From Lama guanicoe (Eukaryota): a stretch of 64,000 nt of DNA. Positions 12,898 through 25,915 of this stretch are shown here, piece after piece (position 1 is the first letter of the stretch; each line of letters opens with the position of its first letter). The translations under genes were made by a program, and so were the position numbers. The notes beneath the pieces are model-generated. The model worked only from the letters and a program-made list of their open reading frames with translations, was not told the origin of the DNA and ran no database searches. The stretch covers positions 396,879-460,878 of the forward strand of contig MU054204.1 of NCBI GenBank assembly GCA_013239625.1, written 5' to 3'.

Positions 12898-13899
12898 AAA
12901 TTCAAGTCACATTTGTCTTACCTGTCCCATCTTGGTTATTTTGGTCTCCAACCACAAGGTGGCAACCTCTGTCTGAAGTCCTATGGGTTGACCAATGGTT
13001 ACAGTAAGTGTATCTGGTCTAGTCACCAAACTGTCCAAAAGGTAATAAGTAGTAATGTGACATAGGAGTGTGAAAAAGAAGTGAGATCATAGAATAAGCA
13101 AAGAGATGGAATGAGGAATAGGGATAGAGGGGGCTTTATCTTTGCTTTTAACGTAGCAAGTTAGCTAGGATGAGGAAGTAGCAATGGTAGTGCTGGGGGT
13201 GCTAGTATCAGGCTGTTTTCTACCTAAAAATTCAGTTCATTCTGAGTACAAAACAATGTGCATGAACGTTGGAGAGTTTCTGGGCAACCACCTTCATCTA
13301 TGCTTTTCATTCTTTAATATGCAGACACGACTCAAAGGCAACTACTTCCTCACACCACCACCTACCCTCTTTCTATCTTCATACTCGAATCATGAATTCC
13401 TTATCCATTTCTCTTCCCATTATTGATTTCCCCCTTTTGAAGCTTTTCCATAGTTCTCCCTAAAACTCCATTGCACAGAAAAGCAAGCCCGGCCCAAGAA
13501 AATGTACTTTGTTGCCCCTCTTTATTGATCCCTCCTTAACTGAGACTTGGTACTTCCTTGAAGATTATACTTTCCATACAGCCCTCTCTGGTGAATTCTG
13601 TTCATTTTCTTAGTCCCCATAAATTATATGGCTTGATAAAGAGGGTAGAGAATGAGAAATTCCAACAACAGAAGTCTCAAAGGAGGATAAAATTTCTCAT
13701 CTCTGGCAATGGGATCCATGAAGACATATCACCCAGTGCCTTAGATTCTCACCTCTGTTGAATGCCTCAATTTCATTTCACTTTAGCCAATGTCACCCAT
13801 GGCCACATAGTGGATCGTTTCAACATCTAGAAGAAATCCACATTGGGAATCTTTTTTTAAACTCATTTATCTTTTTCTTCTTTCCTGCTTTCTGTAGGG

Positions 13900-14560
13900 T
13901 AGATGGAATTTTATTTTTCTGGTTTAAAACTTATACATTCTATTTTTGTTCTTATTATGGTTTCCCTCAACACCCATGTTTACCCCTATTAATTTATCAA
14001 TATCTATATTTACCTCTTAACAATACAAGTATTTGAAAATGTTATGTCCTTTGGGTCCCATCACACCTTTTCCATTATTTTGATAATGTTTAAAAGTTTA
14101 GTTCTGGATTACTATGGATAAGTTTTTTCTCTGTCTGCTCAGTATTTTTAATTTTTCACAATAAACTATACCATGATGTTTTATCACCCTTAATTCCCAT
14201 ATCTCTTGCACCATCTTCTTTTTTCTTCTCATTTGAAGACCTCCTCCAAAATTGTCTTCAACAATAATCTTTGTGTGGCAAACCTTCTGAGACATTGTAT
14301 GTCCCCAAATATTTTTATTACTCTACTATGTTTAAATGAAGATGACTGAATACAAAATTATAGGTTAAAAGTCTTTTTAAACACTATAGGTCCAGTCCCT
14401 TAAAAATATTACTCAATTGTCTTCTTGTATTTAATTTTGCTAAGAAGAAGTTTGTTACCAATTTAATTATTTCCTTTGTAGAGAATTTTATATTTCTATC
14501 TGGAATTTCTGAAAAGTCTTTGATATTCTTAAATTCCATTAGAATGTGTGTATACACACA
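13900..14560 (-). mobile_element. Old L1 (L1M/L1ME-age) ORF1 and inter-ORF remnant
   Basis: tgtgtggcaaaccttctgag and ttgtcttcttgtatttaattttgctaagaagaagttt resemble antisense ORF1 C-terminal sequence. Confidence 0.5.
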
Positions 14561-15439
14561 TATACTTACATAAGCTTTGCCTTCTCTCTCCTAGTCTGTG
14601 TCAGCCACAATATGCTTGAGATATGAAAAGATAGCCCCAGGTACCCCAGAACCTGTTGATCATTCCCATTTGCTGTCACTCTACAGGCAACTGCTGTGAT
14701 CAAAGCTTCATCTTGATACTCTTTGAAAGAAGCAGCACTGTTGAGGAGTCAATGTCCCCAGATTGTAATCTACTAGCCTTGGGGATTTGAAAGGGATAGA
14801 AGAGTAAATGCCCAGTGAGGTAGTGCCCACCTGTTTTCAACCTCCTGCTCAACCAAGATGGGCCTTTTTTGCTGCCTGATATACTCTGATATATCCACAG
14901 ATACTGGTAACTGTGGTTTGGGATGTTTCTGCTGATTTCTGTAGTGAAGGGGTAGATAATGTAGTTACCATGACAATTAGAGGAAATACATGAGTGAAAC
15001 ATCAAAATCTTTCATTAAACTTATCCTCTTATTGATGCTTCCAACTACCCTCTATTCCAGACTGCTAAAAACAAACAAAACACATATAGCTGTGTAGATT
15101 GAAGTCACCACAAACAGATGACTTCCTTTCTCAGGGCTCTCAGCACCACTCAGCTATCTTTTTGCTCGTCAGCTTCCTTTCTCATTTGTTCAGTGCTTAT
15201 TCAAAGCTCCACCATACTCATCAAGCCTCTCCAATCCTTCTTCTTTTCAGCAATGAGCTGTGAAACTGCGTGTTACACCATTCCAGAAGCACTCTCTCAT
15301 ACGTGAATGGCAGTCACAGAACACAATATAGAGCACAGCGAAAATTACACCGCTAGTTGTGTTAGGCTGCAGCCGTGTAAGGACTTTGAAGCCTCTGTCA
15401 AAGGAAAATGAAGACAGTGAAATGACAAGAATGGCAAAT

Positions 15440-16075
15440 CACAGGCCAGTCTCTATAGTCAGTGAACACATCCTTCAGGAATGAAGCAAAAACCAAGACA
15501 TTCTCAGACGAAATAAAACTAAGAATTTTTCATTGGTAGGCCTATGCTGTGCTTAAAGGAAGTTCTTGAACAATAAAAGAAACATAAAAAAGGAATCTTT
15601 GAACATCAGAAAGGAAGAAAGAACAATGGAAGACTAAAATTATGGTTAAATGTAATAAACTTGCCTTCTCCTCCTGACTTTTCTAAAGTATGTTTGATGG
15701 TTGAAATAAAAATTAGAATATTGTCTGATGTGACTGTCAATGTATAGAGAGGAAACAGTTGACAGAACTATATTATAAATGAGAGAAGGTATAGGAATTT
15801 AAAGGGAAATATCTCACTGGAACTAATCAATATCTACACAATCTGTACACTTTGGTAAGCTATGTATGCATAATGTAATATCTACAGCAACCACTAAAAA
15901 AGCTATATGAAGAAATGTACTCAAAAACATTAGATAATTCAAAATGGAATTCTAAAAAGTCTTGAAGCGCAGAGAGAACAAAGAGAACATGAATACACAC
16001 ACACAAACACAAAATGAAGGACTTAAGCCCTAACATATCAATAGTTACATTAGATGTAAATTCTCTAGAAACTTT
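15440..16075 (+). mobile_element. Old L1 ORF1 end, inter-ORF and ORF2 start
   Basis: tccttcaggaatgaagcaaaaaccaagacattctcagac (ORF1 C-term); atatcaatagttacattagatgtaaat (ISIITLNVN-like ORF2 start). Confidence 0.75.
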
Positions 16076-16670
16076 GATCCAGACAAGATGGCATAGACTC
16101 ATCTCTCCCCGCTTCTCCCTGCTAAGTCCAACTATAACATGACACATGAGGCAACCATAGGAGGACTCTGAATGGTGGTGAGAGGAAAATAGACTGGCTA
16201 GAGACCCCAGCACTGGAGGAAAGATACAGCATTTGGGCATCTTACAACCTCTCACCCAGCATCACAAGGCAACCCAGGCCTGGCATCTCCTGACCCTAAC
16301 ATATTAGATGAATGTGACTCAGGTAGGTTCATGCCTTCAGATTAAATGGAAATTATGCTGACAACTCCAGTCAGTCCCAGTGGCAAAGGTAAGAGTGATC
16401 AAGGGGGAGCTCCAAAAATAAAAGATGGCCAGGGGAAATACTCTTTATTTCTGTGGGCCAGAGAGTTTCTTCCCTCACCAAGTGATGCCCAGTGGCCCTA
16501 GTGTCCCCAGTAGGGATGACCCCACCACAACAAGTAGCCCAGCCTGGAAAGCATTCTTTGTATTCTGTAGTTAGACTCCCTTTGCCCACTTAGAGACACT
16601 GATAGGTCTGGCAGCACTGGGAGGGGGAATCCCACCACCACAAGTGGCCAAATACAGGAAGTACAGGCAA
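16076..16670 (+). mobile_element. L1 5'UTR fragment
   Basis: Begins with caagatggca (YY1-type L1 5' start) followed by GC-richer UTR-like sequence. Confidence 0.6.
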
Positions 16671-16674
16671 TATT

Positions 16675-16928
16675 CTCTTTATATAAAATATCCTGAAAAA
16701 GGCAAATTATTAGAGAAGAAAGTAGTTTTGCCTGGGGTTGGGGATGGAAGCAGGGCTTGACTACAAATGGATTCAAAATACTGGAGTTGAGGAGTGGTGG
16801 TAGATGTTCTAAAACTGGATTTGATATGGCCACATAACTCTATAAATTTACTAAAAATTATTGAAATGTATACTTACAACAGGTGAATTTTATGGTATGT
16901 AAATTATACCTTAATAAAACTTTAAAAC
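16675..16928 (+). mobile_element. L1MB/ME-like 3' end
   Basis: aaaaggcaaatt...tgcctggggttgggg...ggtgaattttatggtatgtaaattataccttaataaaac. Confidence 0.8.
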
Positions 16929-17984
16929 TCATAGTTAACTAAAATTAGAAAGAACTAGAAAGAAACTATTCTTTAACCTAATAACATGCAATTTATAGCT
17001 AAAAATCACACTTAATATAAAAGATTGATTACTTTTCCCTTAAGACCACGAAAAAGACAAGCATCCTTATTTTCACCACTCCTATGTAACATGTTGAAAG
17101 TCCCTAACTGGTACAATAATGCAAGAAAAAGAAAAGGCATACAGAATATAAAGGAAGAAATAAAACTATCTCTATTCACAGATAAGATGAATATCTATGT
17201 AGAAAATTCCGCGGAAATTACAGGAAAAACCTATTAGAACTAATAAATGAGTTTAACAAGGTTTCTAAATAAGAGGTCAATATATAAAAATTAATTGCAT
17301 CTATATATTAGCAATGAACAATCAGAAGTCAAGAGTTTAAAAAAGTTTAATTTACAATAACTTCAGAAAAATGAAATACTTCAGTTAAAAAATATGTTCA
17401 GGATATGTATACTGAAAACTATAAAACATTTAAGAAAAATATCAAATAAAAACTAAATAAATGGATATGTGAGCCATATTCATGGATTGGAAAACTCAAT
17501 ATTGTTAAGATGTCAATTCTCCCAAAATTGGTCTATAGATTCAATGCAAACCCAATTAAAATCCCAACAGGATATTTTTCTAGAAATTAACAAGCTGATT
17601 CTTAAACTCACATTGAAAGGTAAGAAAATTAGAAATAGTCAAAACAATTTTGAAAAAGAATAAATTTGAAGGACTCACAATACCTTATTTCAAGGCTTAA
17701 CTATTAACTATTTTGCTACAGTAATGAAAACAGTGTGTTATTTGGAGGAATCAGTCTATCCAATGTTAAAGCTTACTATATAGCCATAAAAATCAAAGTA
17801 ATTGTTGTATTGGTAGAGGGATAGACAGGTCAATGGAACAAAATAGAGAATAAGAAATAGTCCAACATAAACAGAGTCAGTTGATGTTTTACAAAGATGT
17901 GAAGGCAATTTAATGGAAAAAGAGAGTCTTTTCAGCAAATTGTGCTGGAACATTTGGATATTCATATATTAAAAAAAGGAACCT

Positions 17985-18422
17985 TTATTTTTAATTTTTA
18001 TTGAAGTATAGTTGATTTACAATGTTGTGTTAATTTCAGGTGTACAGCAAAGTGATTAATATATATTATATATGTATATTCTTTTCCATTATAGGTTATT
18101 ACATGATACTGAATATAGTTCCCTGTGTTACACAGTAGGCCCTTATTGTTTATCTATTTTATATAAAGTAGTGTGTATTCCCTAATTTATCCTTCCCCTA
18201 CTTCCCCTCTGGTAACCATAAGATTGTTTTCTGTCTGTGAGTCTGTTTCTGTTTTGTAAGTAAGTTCATTTGCATCATTTATTTAGATTCCACAAATAAG
18301 TATTACCATGTATTTGTCTTTCTCTGACTGACTTACTTCACTTAGTATGATAATCTGTAAGTCCATCCATGTTGCTGCAAATGGCATTATTTCATTCTTT
18401 TTATGGCTGAGTAATATTTCAT

Positions 18423-18460
<38 letters not shown>

Positions 18461-18755
18461 CATATATCATCACATCTTCTTTATTTTATTCATCTGTCAT
18501 TGGACACTTAGGTTGCTTCCATGTCTTGGTATTGTAAATAGTGCTACTATAAACATTGTGATGCATGTATCTTTTCAAATTAAAATTCTCATCTTTTCTG
18601 GATATATGCCCAGGAGTGGGATTGCTTGATCATATGGTAGCTCTATTTTTAATTTTTTAACAAACCTCCGTACTTTTCTCCATAAGCGCTGAACCAATTT
18701 ACATTCTGACCAACAGTGTAGGAGGGTTCCTTTTTCTTTACACACTCTCTAGCAC
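17985..18755 (-). mobile_element. Younger L1 3' end (cetartiodactyl-type), nested, with internal (TA)n
   Basis: ttattgaagtatagttgatttacaatgttgtgttaatttcaggtgtacagcaaagtgat; gaacctt on both flanks. Confidence 0.9.
18427..18456. repeat. (TA)n microsatellite
   Basis: About 15 TA units. Confidence 0.95.
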
Positions 18756-21369
18756 CAAAATGAACCTTAATCTATACCTCACACCTTATATAAATATGAA
18801 CTCAAATGGATCATAAGCCTAAAATTTAAATGTAAAATTGTAAGACCCTTAAAAGAAGAAATAAGAGAAAATTATTGTGACCTTGGATTAGACCAAGGGT
18901 CTTAGATATCACACCAAAAGTACATACTATTAAAGGGAAAATTAGTAAGTTGGAACACATCAAAATTTAAATAAAAAATTTTGCTCTATAAAAGACACTG
19001 TTAAGGGAATGAAAAGATAAACTACAGAAAATATTTGCAAAACTGATATCTGATAAAAGACTTCTATCCAAAGTATATTAGAAACACTTAAAACTCATCA
19101 ATAAGAAAACAAACAACATAATTTAAAACTGGACAAAAGAGCAACTACCTCACCAAAGAAGATACACGGATGGCAAATAAGCATATGAAAAGATGCTCAA
19201 AATGATATGTTATCAGGGAATTGCAAATTAAAACAACAATGTGATATCACTACATGCCTATTAGAATGGACAAAATCCCTGACAATACCAATTGCTAGTG
19301 AGGATAAAGAGTAACAGGAGCTCTCACTCATTGCTGGTGGGAATATAAAATGATGCAGCCACTTTGGAAGACAGTTTGGCAGTTTCTTATACCACTAAAT
19401 TTAGTCTTACCATACAGCCCAATAGTCCTATTCCTAAATATTTACCCAACTAATTTGAAAATTTATGTCCACACAAAATCTTGCATGCAAATGTTTATAG
19501 CAGCTTTATTCATAATTTCAAAAACTGTTAGCAACCAAGATGTCCTTCAAGGTAAATGGATAAACAAACTGTAGTACATCCACATTATAGAACACTATCT
19601 AGCAATTAAGAGGATTGAGCTATTAATTCATGTAACAACATGGATAAATCTTGAATGCATATTGCTAAGTGAAAAGAGCTAGTTAGAGAAAGCTATAAAC
19701 TGTATTATTCTATTTATATGACATACTGGAAAAGTGAAAACTATACAGACTGAAAACAGATGAGTGGTTTCCAGGGGTTTAGAGAGGAGCGAAGTTTGAG
19801 TAGGCGAATTGGAATCACAAGGGATTTATTAGGGTCATGAACCTATTCTATATGACACTGTACTACTGGATACACTGCCCATTTGACAAAATCTATACAT
19901 TACAATGTAAAGAGTAAACCTTAATGCATGCAAATTTAAAAAGTCAACTAGGAAACTGGGAATCTCTGGATGGAATGCAGACTGTGACAAAATAATTTAA
20001 CTGTGTTACAAAGCTATGACAACTTCACTGAAGCGGGTGGGAAAAAGATGTGCTGACCTAAGAAACTTTGAAATTTCCTAAAAACTTTAAAGATAAAACT
20101 AACTGTACCTAAGCACTTTACCACAAATTGTTTTTCACAGGAGTACAGGTCAACAATTTTGAAACCACGTATATACCAAAACTCAAACAAATAAATAAAT
20201 GGATGGTAGATAGGAGGAGCTAGGTTTCTCACTGTTGGAGTAGGAGGTTACAGATAAGCAAGAGAGAAAGATTAGAATGAACCAGGTAGTACTGTGTTAA
20301 TATCAGAGATATCAGCATGAACTGATGTTTAGCTTAATATAGATACTGCCATATAAATCATTATAGATATATGTTTATACATGTATTAGAATACATATGT
20401 ATATTCCCTAGCTCCAACTGCTGAAAGAGCCTAGAAACAATGATACTCTCATAGCAACAAGCACACCCAGATCTTAGTTCTTAATACCATTCTCCAATAA
20501 AAGAAACCAAGGATCCTTGCAGAAATGGATGATTCTAGGACCGAGGCATCTTGTAACACCAGAAAGGAAGGAAGTGCTCAAAAAAGCCACAGTGATGGGG
20601 GACATATCAAAGGGACATAGCCACGAACTGAAAGAGCTCCCAATGGCCAAAGCTGGAACAATTTGAGCAACAAAATAAAATAGTATTGCACTGTAATCCA
20701 AAGTACAAAATAAATATCCATACATCCATACTGATTTAAGTGATTGAATAAGTGAATGGGAGGAAGACAAATCTTCCATGCACAAGAATTTAAAATAATT
20801 TCTGTAGATACTCCCCCCTCAAGGAAGAGGTTCATAACTCCTTTCTCTTAAGTATAGACTGTTTATAATGACTTTCTTCCAAATACTATGGTACAGAGAG
20901 GGGGAAAAATATTAACTTTACAGTGGAGAAACCTGACAAACACTACTTGAGCCAGGTAACCAAGGTTAACATCTAATGTGATATGTCATATTGACAGTGT
21001 GTACCCTTGATATGATGCTATGAAAATGACACTTTACCTCTCTGGTCTTCCCCCCAAAACCAATAACTCCTGTGTAATCATTAGAAAATCATTAGGCAAA
21101 TCCCAATTGAGGGGCTATAGAGATATGACAACTGAATGAAATGTGGTATCCTAGATGGATGGCATCAAGGAACAGAAAAAGTAGGTAAAAGCTAAGTAAA
21201 TTTGAATAAAGTAAGGACTTTATTTGATAATAATGTGTCACTACTGGGTCATTAATTATAACAAATGTACCTTAATAACATAAGATGTTAATAATAGAGG
21301 AAACTGGGTGTAGGAGATATGGGAACTCTGTACTATCTTGGCAAATTTTCTATAAAAGTGCTTGGTAAA

Positions 21370-22108
21370 GTGAAAAAAAATCTCAATACCAGTAGCCGTT
21401 AGGGAAATGAAAATTAAAACCACATTAAGATACCTCTATACACCTATCAGAATGGTTAATAAAAAAATACCTAACAATATCAAGTGCTGTCAAGGATGCA
21501 GAGCAACTTGAACTATTATACATTGTTAGTTGGAATGAAAAAAATGGTACTTTGAAAAAAATTCAGCAATTTCTTTTAAAGTTGAATATATATTTACCAT
21601 AAGACCCAGAAATCCCACTTGTGAGTAATTTCCTAAGTCAAATGAAAACCTATGTTCACATAAAAATTTGTATATAAATGTTTATTGAAGATTTATTCTT
21701 AATTGCCCCAAACTGGAAACAACCCAGCTATTTCTCAAATAGTGAATGGATAAGCACATAGTGGCACATCCATATAATGAAATATCACTTATCAATAAAA
21801 AAGGAACAATTGATACATAAAAGGAACTAGACTTAAAAGGCTACATACTGTATGACTCCATGTATATAATGTTCTGAAAAAGGCACAACTATAGGAATGG
21901 AGAATGTATCAGTTGGTGACAGAGGTTAAGGGTTGGGGAGAAAGTTTTAATTACAATGAAGAGGCTTAAGGATATTTTGGGGGGGGTGATTAAATTGTTC
22001 TGTATGTTCATTGCGGTGGTGGTCAGACAACATTATGCATTTTTCAAAATTCATAGAACTGCACACCACAAAGAGTAACTTTTATTGTATCTACATTAAA
22101 AATAAAAC
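21370..22108 (+). mobile_element. Old L1 3' part (L1MB/ME-like)
   Basis: agggaaatgaaaattaaaaccacattaagatacc...aaaggctacatactgtatgactcc...tcatagaactgcacaccacaaagag. Confidence 0.8.
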
Positions 22109-22109
22109 C

Positions 22110-22165
22110 TGAGTTGGCCCTCTGTATTCATGGTTTCCCATCCACAGACACAACCATGAATTGTG
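22110..22165. mobile_element. MER2-like (Tigger) terminal fragment
   Basis: agttggccctctgtattcatggtttcccatccacagacacaacca resembles the MER2 terminus. Confidence 0.5.
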
Positions 22166-22176
22166 TGCTATGTCAC

Positions 22177-22310
22177 TTTTGTTTGCTTGTTTGTTATTTT
22201 TTATTGAAATATAGCTGGTTTACAATATTATATCAGTTTCAAGTAAACAGCATAGTGATTCAGTATTTTTGCAGACTATACTCCATTATAGGTTATTACA
22301 AGATAATGGC
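22177..22310 (-). mobile_element. L1 3' terminal ~110 bp with T-rich tail
   Basis: ttattgaaatatagctggtttacaatattatatcagtttcaag...catagtgattcagtattttt...tactccattataggttattacaagataatggc. Confidence 0.9.
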
Positions 22311-23946
22311 GACTGGAGCGGAGCCAAGATGGCAGAGTAGAGAGACTCACAGCTCACCCTCTCCCACAAATATACCAAGAATTACATCTACAAACCCATC
22401 GAGTCACATAGAACACCTACTAAACTCTGGCAGAATGTATCATTTTGAAATACAGGAGGATTCTCACAAAATCTGGTAAGCAAAGAAAAAAAAAAGGAAA
22501 AAGAAAAGAATCAGTGCAGGACTGGTCCTGCAGGGAGGGAGCAGCATAGGAATAAAGGCACTCTCACACTGGAATGCCCCCTCTCCAACCTGGAGGTCAG
22601 CAGGGACAGAAGCAGAGCTTCTGAGGCTCAGAGGAGAAAGTGACAGCAGAGAGAACTAAGGGAAACTGACACAGAAGGTCCCTGCGATCCCTGGGCCTAG
22701 ATGCCATCTGGCAGGGATGAGCTGGGACTGGCTGCTAGAGATCGGTGAGGAGCCCAGGCAGAGGTCTGGGGCCTACTGCACAGAGGCAGCCTCAGGGGAC
22801 TGGAGGGCAGTGTGAGCTCTGCTGGGGGTGTGTGCAGAACAGAACAGCCTGGGACCCCCATAGAAAAAAACACTGTTGGTGTGGGGAGGGGGAAGGGGCA
22901 CAATGCAGCAACACCAGCTTTGTCCCCTAGGCTCCATTGTTGGTATGTTCTCGGGAGAAGAGAGGTGGGGTTCCATCATAGCCATCACTGCTGTGTGGAG
23001 GTGGGGCTGAAGGCTGAATCCATGCCCAGGGGCCCTGCAACTTCAAGGGGGGATTGAGATTTGTTTACAGCCCCAGGCAGAGTGGGTGGATTGTCTCCAC
23101 TCATGCCATTGTGAACCTGCACCTATAAGGGAAATAGAAACTATAAAGAGGAGACAATTAAAAACAGACAACTCAATGGCTCAGATAAGAGCCAAGCTAA
23201 AGGCAGTCAAAAGCAGGCTAGATAATGCAGAGGAATGAATAAGTGATTCAGAAGACAGGATAACAGGGGTAACCCAATCAGAATAGCAGACAGAAAAGCA
23301 AATAAAAGCCAATGAAAGCAATATAAGGGACCTATGGGATAATATAAAGCATGCCAACCTACACATAATAGGGGTCCCAGAAAGAGAAGAAAGAGCAAAG
23401 GGGATTGAAAAGGTATTTGAAGAAATTATGACTGAAAACTTTTCAAACCTAAAGAAGGAAACAGATACCCAAGTACAAGGGGCATAGAGGGTCCCCAACA
23501 AGAAGAACCTAAACAGACCTACACGAAGGCATATTATAATTAAGATGGCCAAAGTTAAAGATAAAGAAATGATCTTAAAGGCAGCAAGAAAAAAACAAAG
23601 AGTTACAAGGGAACCCCCATAAGGCTTTCAGCTGATTTCTCCACACAAACACTGCTGGCCAGAAGGGAGTGGCAAGATATATTTAAAGTCCTGAATGAGA
23701 AAAAGCTGCAACCTAGGATACTCTATCTGGCAAGACTATCCTTTAGAGTAGAAGGAGAGATAAAGAACTTCACAGACAAGCAAAAACTAAAAGAATTAAT
23801 CAATACTAAACCTATGCTAAAAGAAATATTGAAAGGTCTACTCTAAATAGAAAAGAAGCAGGAAGCTATAGAAATGAGAAAACCATAATTGGAAATGCAT
23901 AACTATAGTGAATTGCAAGAGAGTAAACATGAAGATGTAAAAAATA
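22311..23946 (+). mobile_element. L1 5'UTR + ORF1 + start of inter-ORF (no ORF2)
   Basis: Starts gagccaagatggcagagtag; GC-rich UTR; ORF1-homologous reading; stops about 100 bp after the ORF1 stop. Confidence 0.9.
23128..23846 (+). pseudogene. Disrupted L1 ORF1p (coiled coil, RRM, CTD); N-terminus apparently missing
   Basis: My translation: IRDLWDNIKHANLHIIGVPEREERAKGIEKVFEEIMTENF...RHIIIKMAKVKDKEMILKAAR; in-frame stops present. Confidence 0.85.
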
Positions 23947-23949
23947 AAT

Positions 23950-24555
23950 ATACTATAGGTGGAAACATAAATTGTTACAAGCACTTTGTAAAACAGTCTG
24001 GCATTACCAATTAAAATGGAAGATAATATTTATGCTATGACCCAAAAGGTATATCATGAGTAATAAACAGAACAGAAATGTGTCAACATATATGTAAATG
24101 GTATGAAGCTTTATTCATAACAGCCCAAAGCTAGACACAATCTAAATTCACCTCCATGTGGAAGGATAATTGTTTCTGGGTTTATATAATAAACTACTAA
24201 ACAGCTGCAAAAATAAAGATATTACAGTACATGAAACAACATGGATAAATCTTACAAACATAATTCAGTCATGTAAATTTCAAAACAGACAAAATTTAAC
24301 CATAACATTTAGGGATGCATACCTAAGTGGTAAAGATACCAAGAAGTGGTAGGAAATGATTACCACAAAAGTCACATTGTATTTCTCTTTTAGCAGGATG
24401 GAAGGGTGTGTGATAGGAAGGGACCCAAGTAGGAGGCATTGTTTTATTTTTTATCTCAAGTGATGGTTATACACATATATTCACTTTGTCATAATTCATT
24501 GAGCTAAACACTCACGATTTTCATATGATACTTCATTTCACTATTTTAAAAATCT
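23950..24555 (+). mobile_element. Old L1 (L1ME-like) 3' region
   Basis: ggtggaaacataaattgttacaagcactttgtaaaacagtctggca...aacaacatggataaatcttacaaacataat. Confidence 0.7.
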
Positions 24556-25149
24556 TTCAGAACGAAGAATGGAGGCTATCTGACAAACTCTCTCAGCTTG
24601 TCACCTCCTCCCCTTGCTGGTAAATGGATCTGCATATATACCCATCCTTGTCTTTCCCCCTCTAGCCTCAAGGATAAGGCATCCCCACTCCTGTCTCCTC
24701 TAAGCCCACTTGCCAACAAGTTATCCTCTTTCTCCAACATCTTTGAACTCTCATTCCACTGCTTCATCCTATAAATATGCTAAAATAATCTAGTCTGCCC
24801 CATCGTTTTATTTTCTTCTTCTTCTTCCCCTTCCACCTCCCTTTCTCTTTTTACAGTCAAACTTTAAAAGGTTAATTGACGCACACTCTCTCTCCACGTC
24901 ACCTTCAATCAATTGAAATCTGGTTTCTGCACTTTGTCTCACTGCTCCTTCTCTCTTTAAGTTCAACAATGACCTCCTTCCTAATTGTCAAGTCCATTGG
25001 CTAAGTTTCAGGTGTCATCTTTTTGGTCCTTTTAATTGTGTTTCATATGAGCAATCAAATTCATTAAAATCCTCCCCTTCTTTGGCTTCCAGGACATTGC
25101 TCTTCCTGAGATTCCTTTTGCTTTTGTTACTAAGAAGAAGAAAATATGT

Positions 25150-25385
25150 TTTATAGCTAACAATCGTATATATATTTCCTATGTCCTCAGCAACATTCAA
25201 AGCATTTACATGCATTAACTTGTCTAATCCTCATACAACCCCATACAATAGACACTATTGCTGTCATATCTTTTTACAAATAAAGAAATGGAGGCACCTA
25301 AGGTCATCAAGATAAGTGGAAGAAGGGGAATTTGAACCCAGGCAGTCTGGATCCAAAAATCTATTCTCTTAACTTCTAGTCTCTT
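25150..25385 (-). mobile_element. MIR
   Basis: taatcctcatacaacccc...tttacaaataaagaaatggaggcac...gggaatttgaacccaggcagtctgg. Confidence 0.8.
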
Positions 25386-25528
25386 GCCTACACATTTGCC
25401 AAAGAGGGCTTGCTTTCTTCTCTCCACTATTTAACTGTTGTTGTTCCCTGGAATTTATCCTCAACCCTTTGCTCTTCAAAGCTTTCTTTAGCTAATCTTG
25501 TCCACTCTGATGATTTAAAAGACCATCT

Positions 25529-25670
25529 GGGGAGAAGGTATAGCTCAGTGGTAGAGCGTGTGCTTGCACGCACGAGGTCCTGGGTTCAACCTCCAAGACC
25601 TCCGTTAAAAATAAATAAGCAAATAAACTTAATTATTCCCCCAAATTAAAAACTAAATAAAAACATTTGT
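25529..25670 (+). mobile_element. tRNA-Ala-derived SINE (Vic-1-like)
   Basis: ggggagaaggtatagctcagtggtagagcgtgtgcttgcacgcacgaggtcctgggttcaa; A-rich tail; aaagRccat on both flanks. Confidence 0.9.
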
Positions 25671-25737
25671 TAAAGGCCATTATCTATGCCAGTGATTCTC
25701 AAATCCATAGCAACCACCCTGACTTCTCTGTGAAGTT

Positions 25738-25915
25738 CAGGACTGGCTTCATGGGCATGCATCCTGTGCAGGCTCATAGGGCCTCATGCTTACAAGGGTC
25801 CTGCACTTGGTTTCATGCTCTGCTGTCACTGCCTTGAAATTCTCAGCCGTTTTTGAACAAGTGGTTCTGCATTTTAATCTTGCACTGGGGCTTGCAAATT
25901 AGGTAGCTGGTCCTG
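25738..25915. mobile_element. MER45A (hAT-Tip100 MITE), complete
   Basis: TIRs caggactggct ... agctggtcctg; internal ttggtttcatgctctgctgtcactgccttgaaattc. Confidence 0.85.

Larger units (their letters stand above)
16940..21360 (+). mobile_element. Old L1 ORF2 C-half with long L1MC/MD-type 3'UTR, interrupted by a younger L1
   Basis: EEIKLSLFTDKMNIY (ORF track 17025-17237); PLWKTVWQFL (19350-19574); long MC/MD-type 3'UTR 19700-21360. Confidence 0.85.

Noticed and set aside
14580..15010. Open frames on the minus strand (e.g. SFKEYQDEALITAV)
   Set aside because: No recognisable protein or splice sites; adjacent to old L1 and probably its decayed 5' region.
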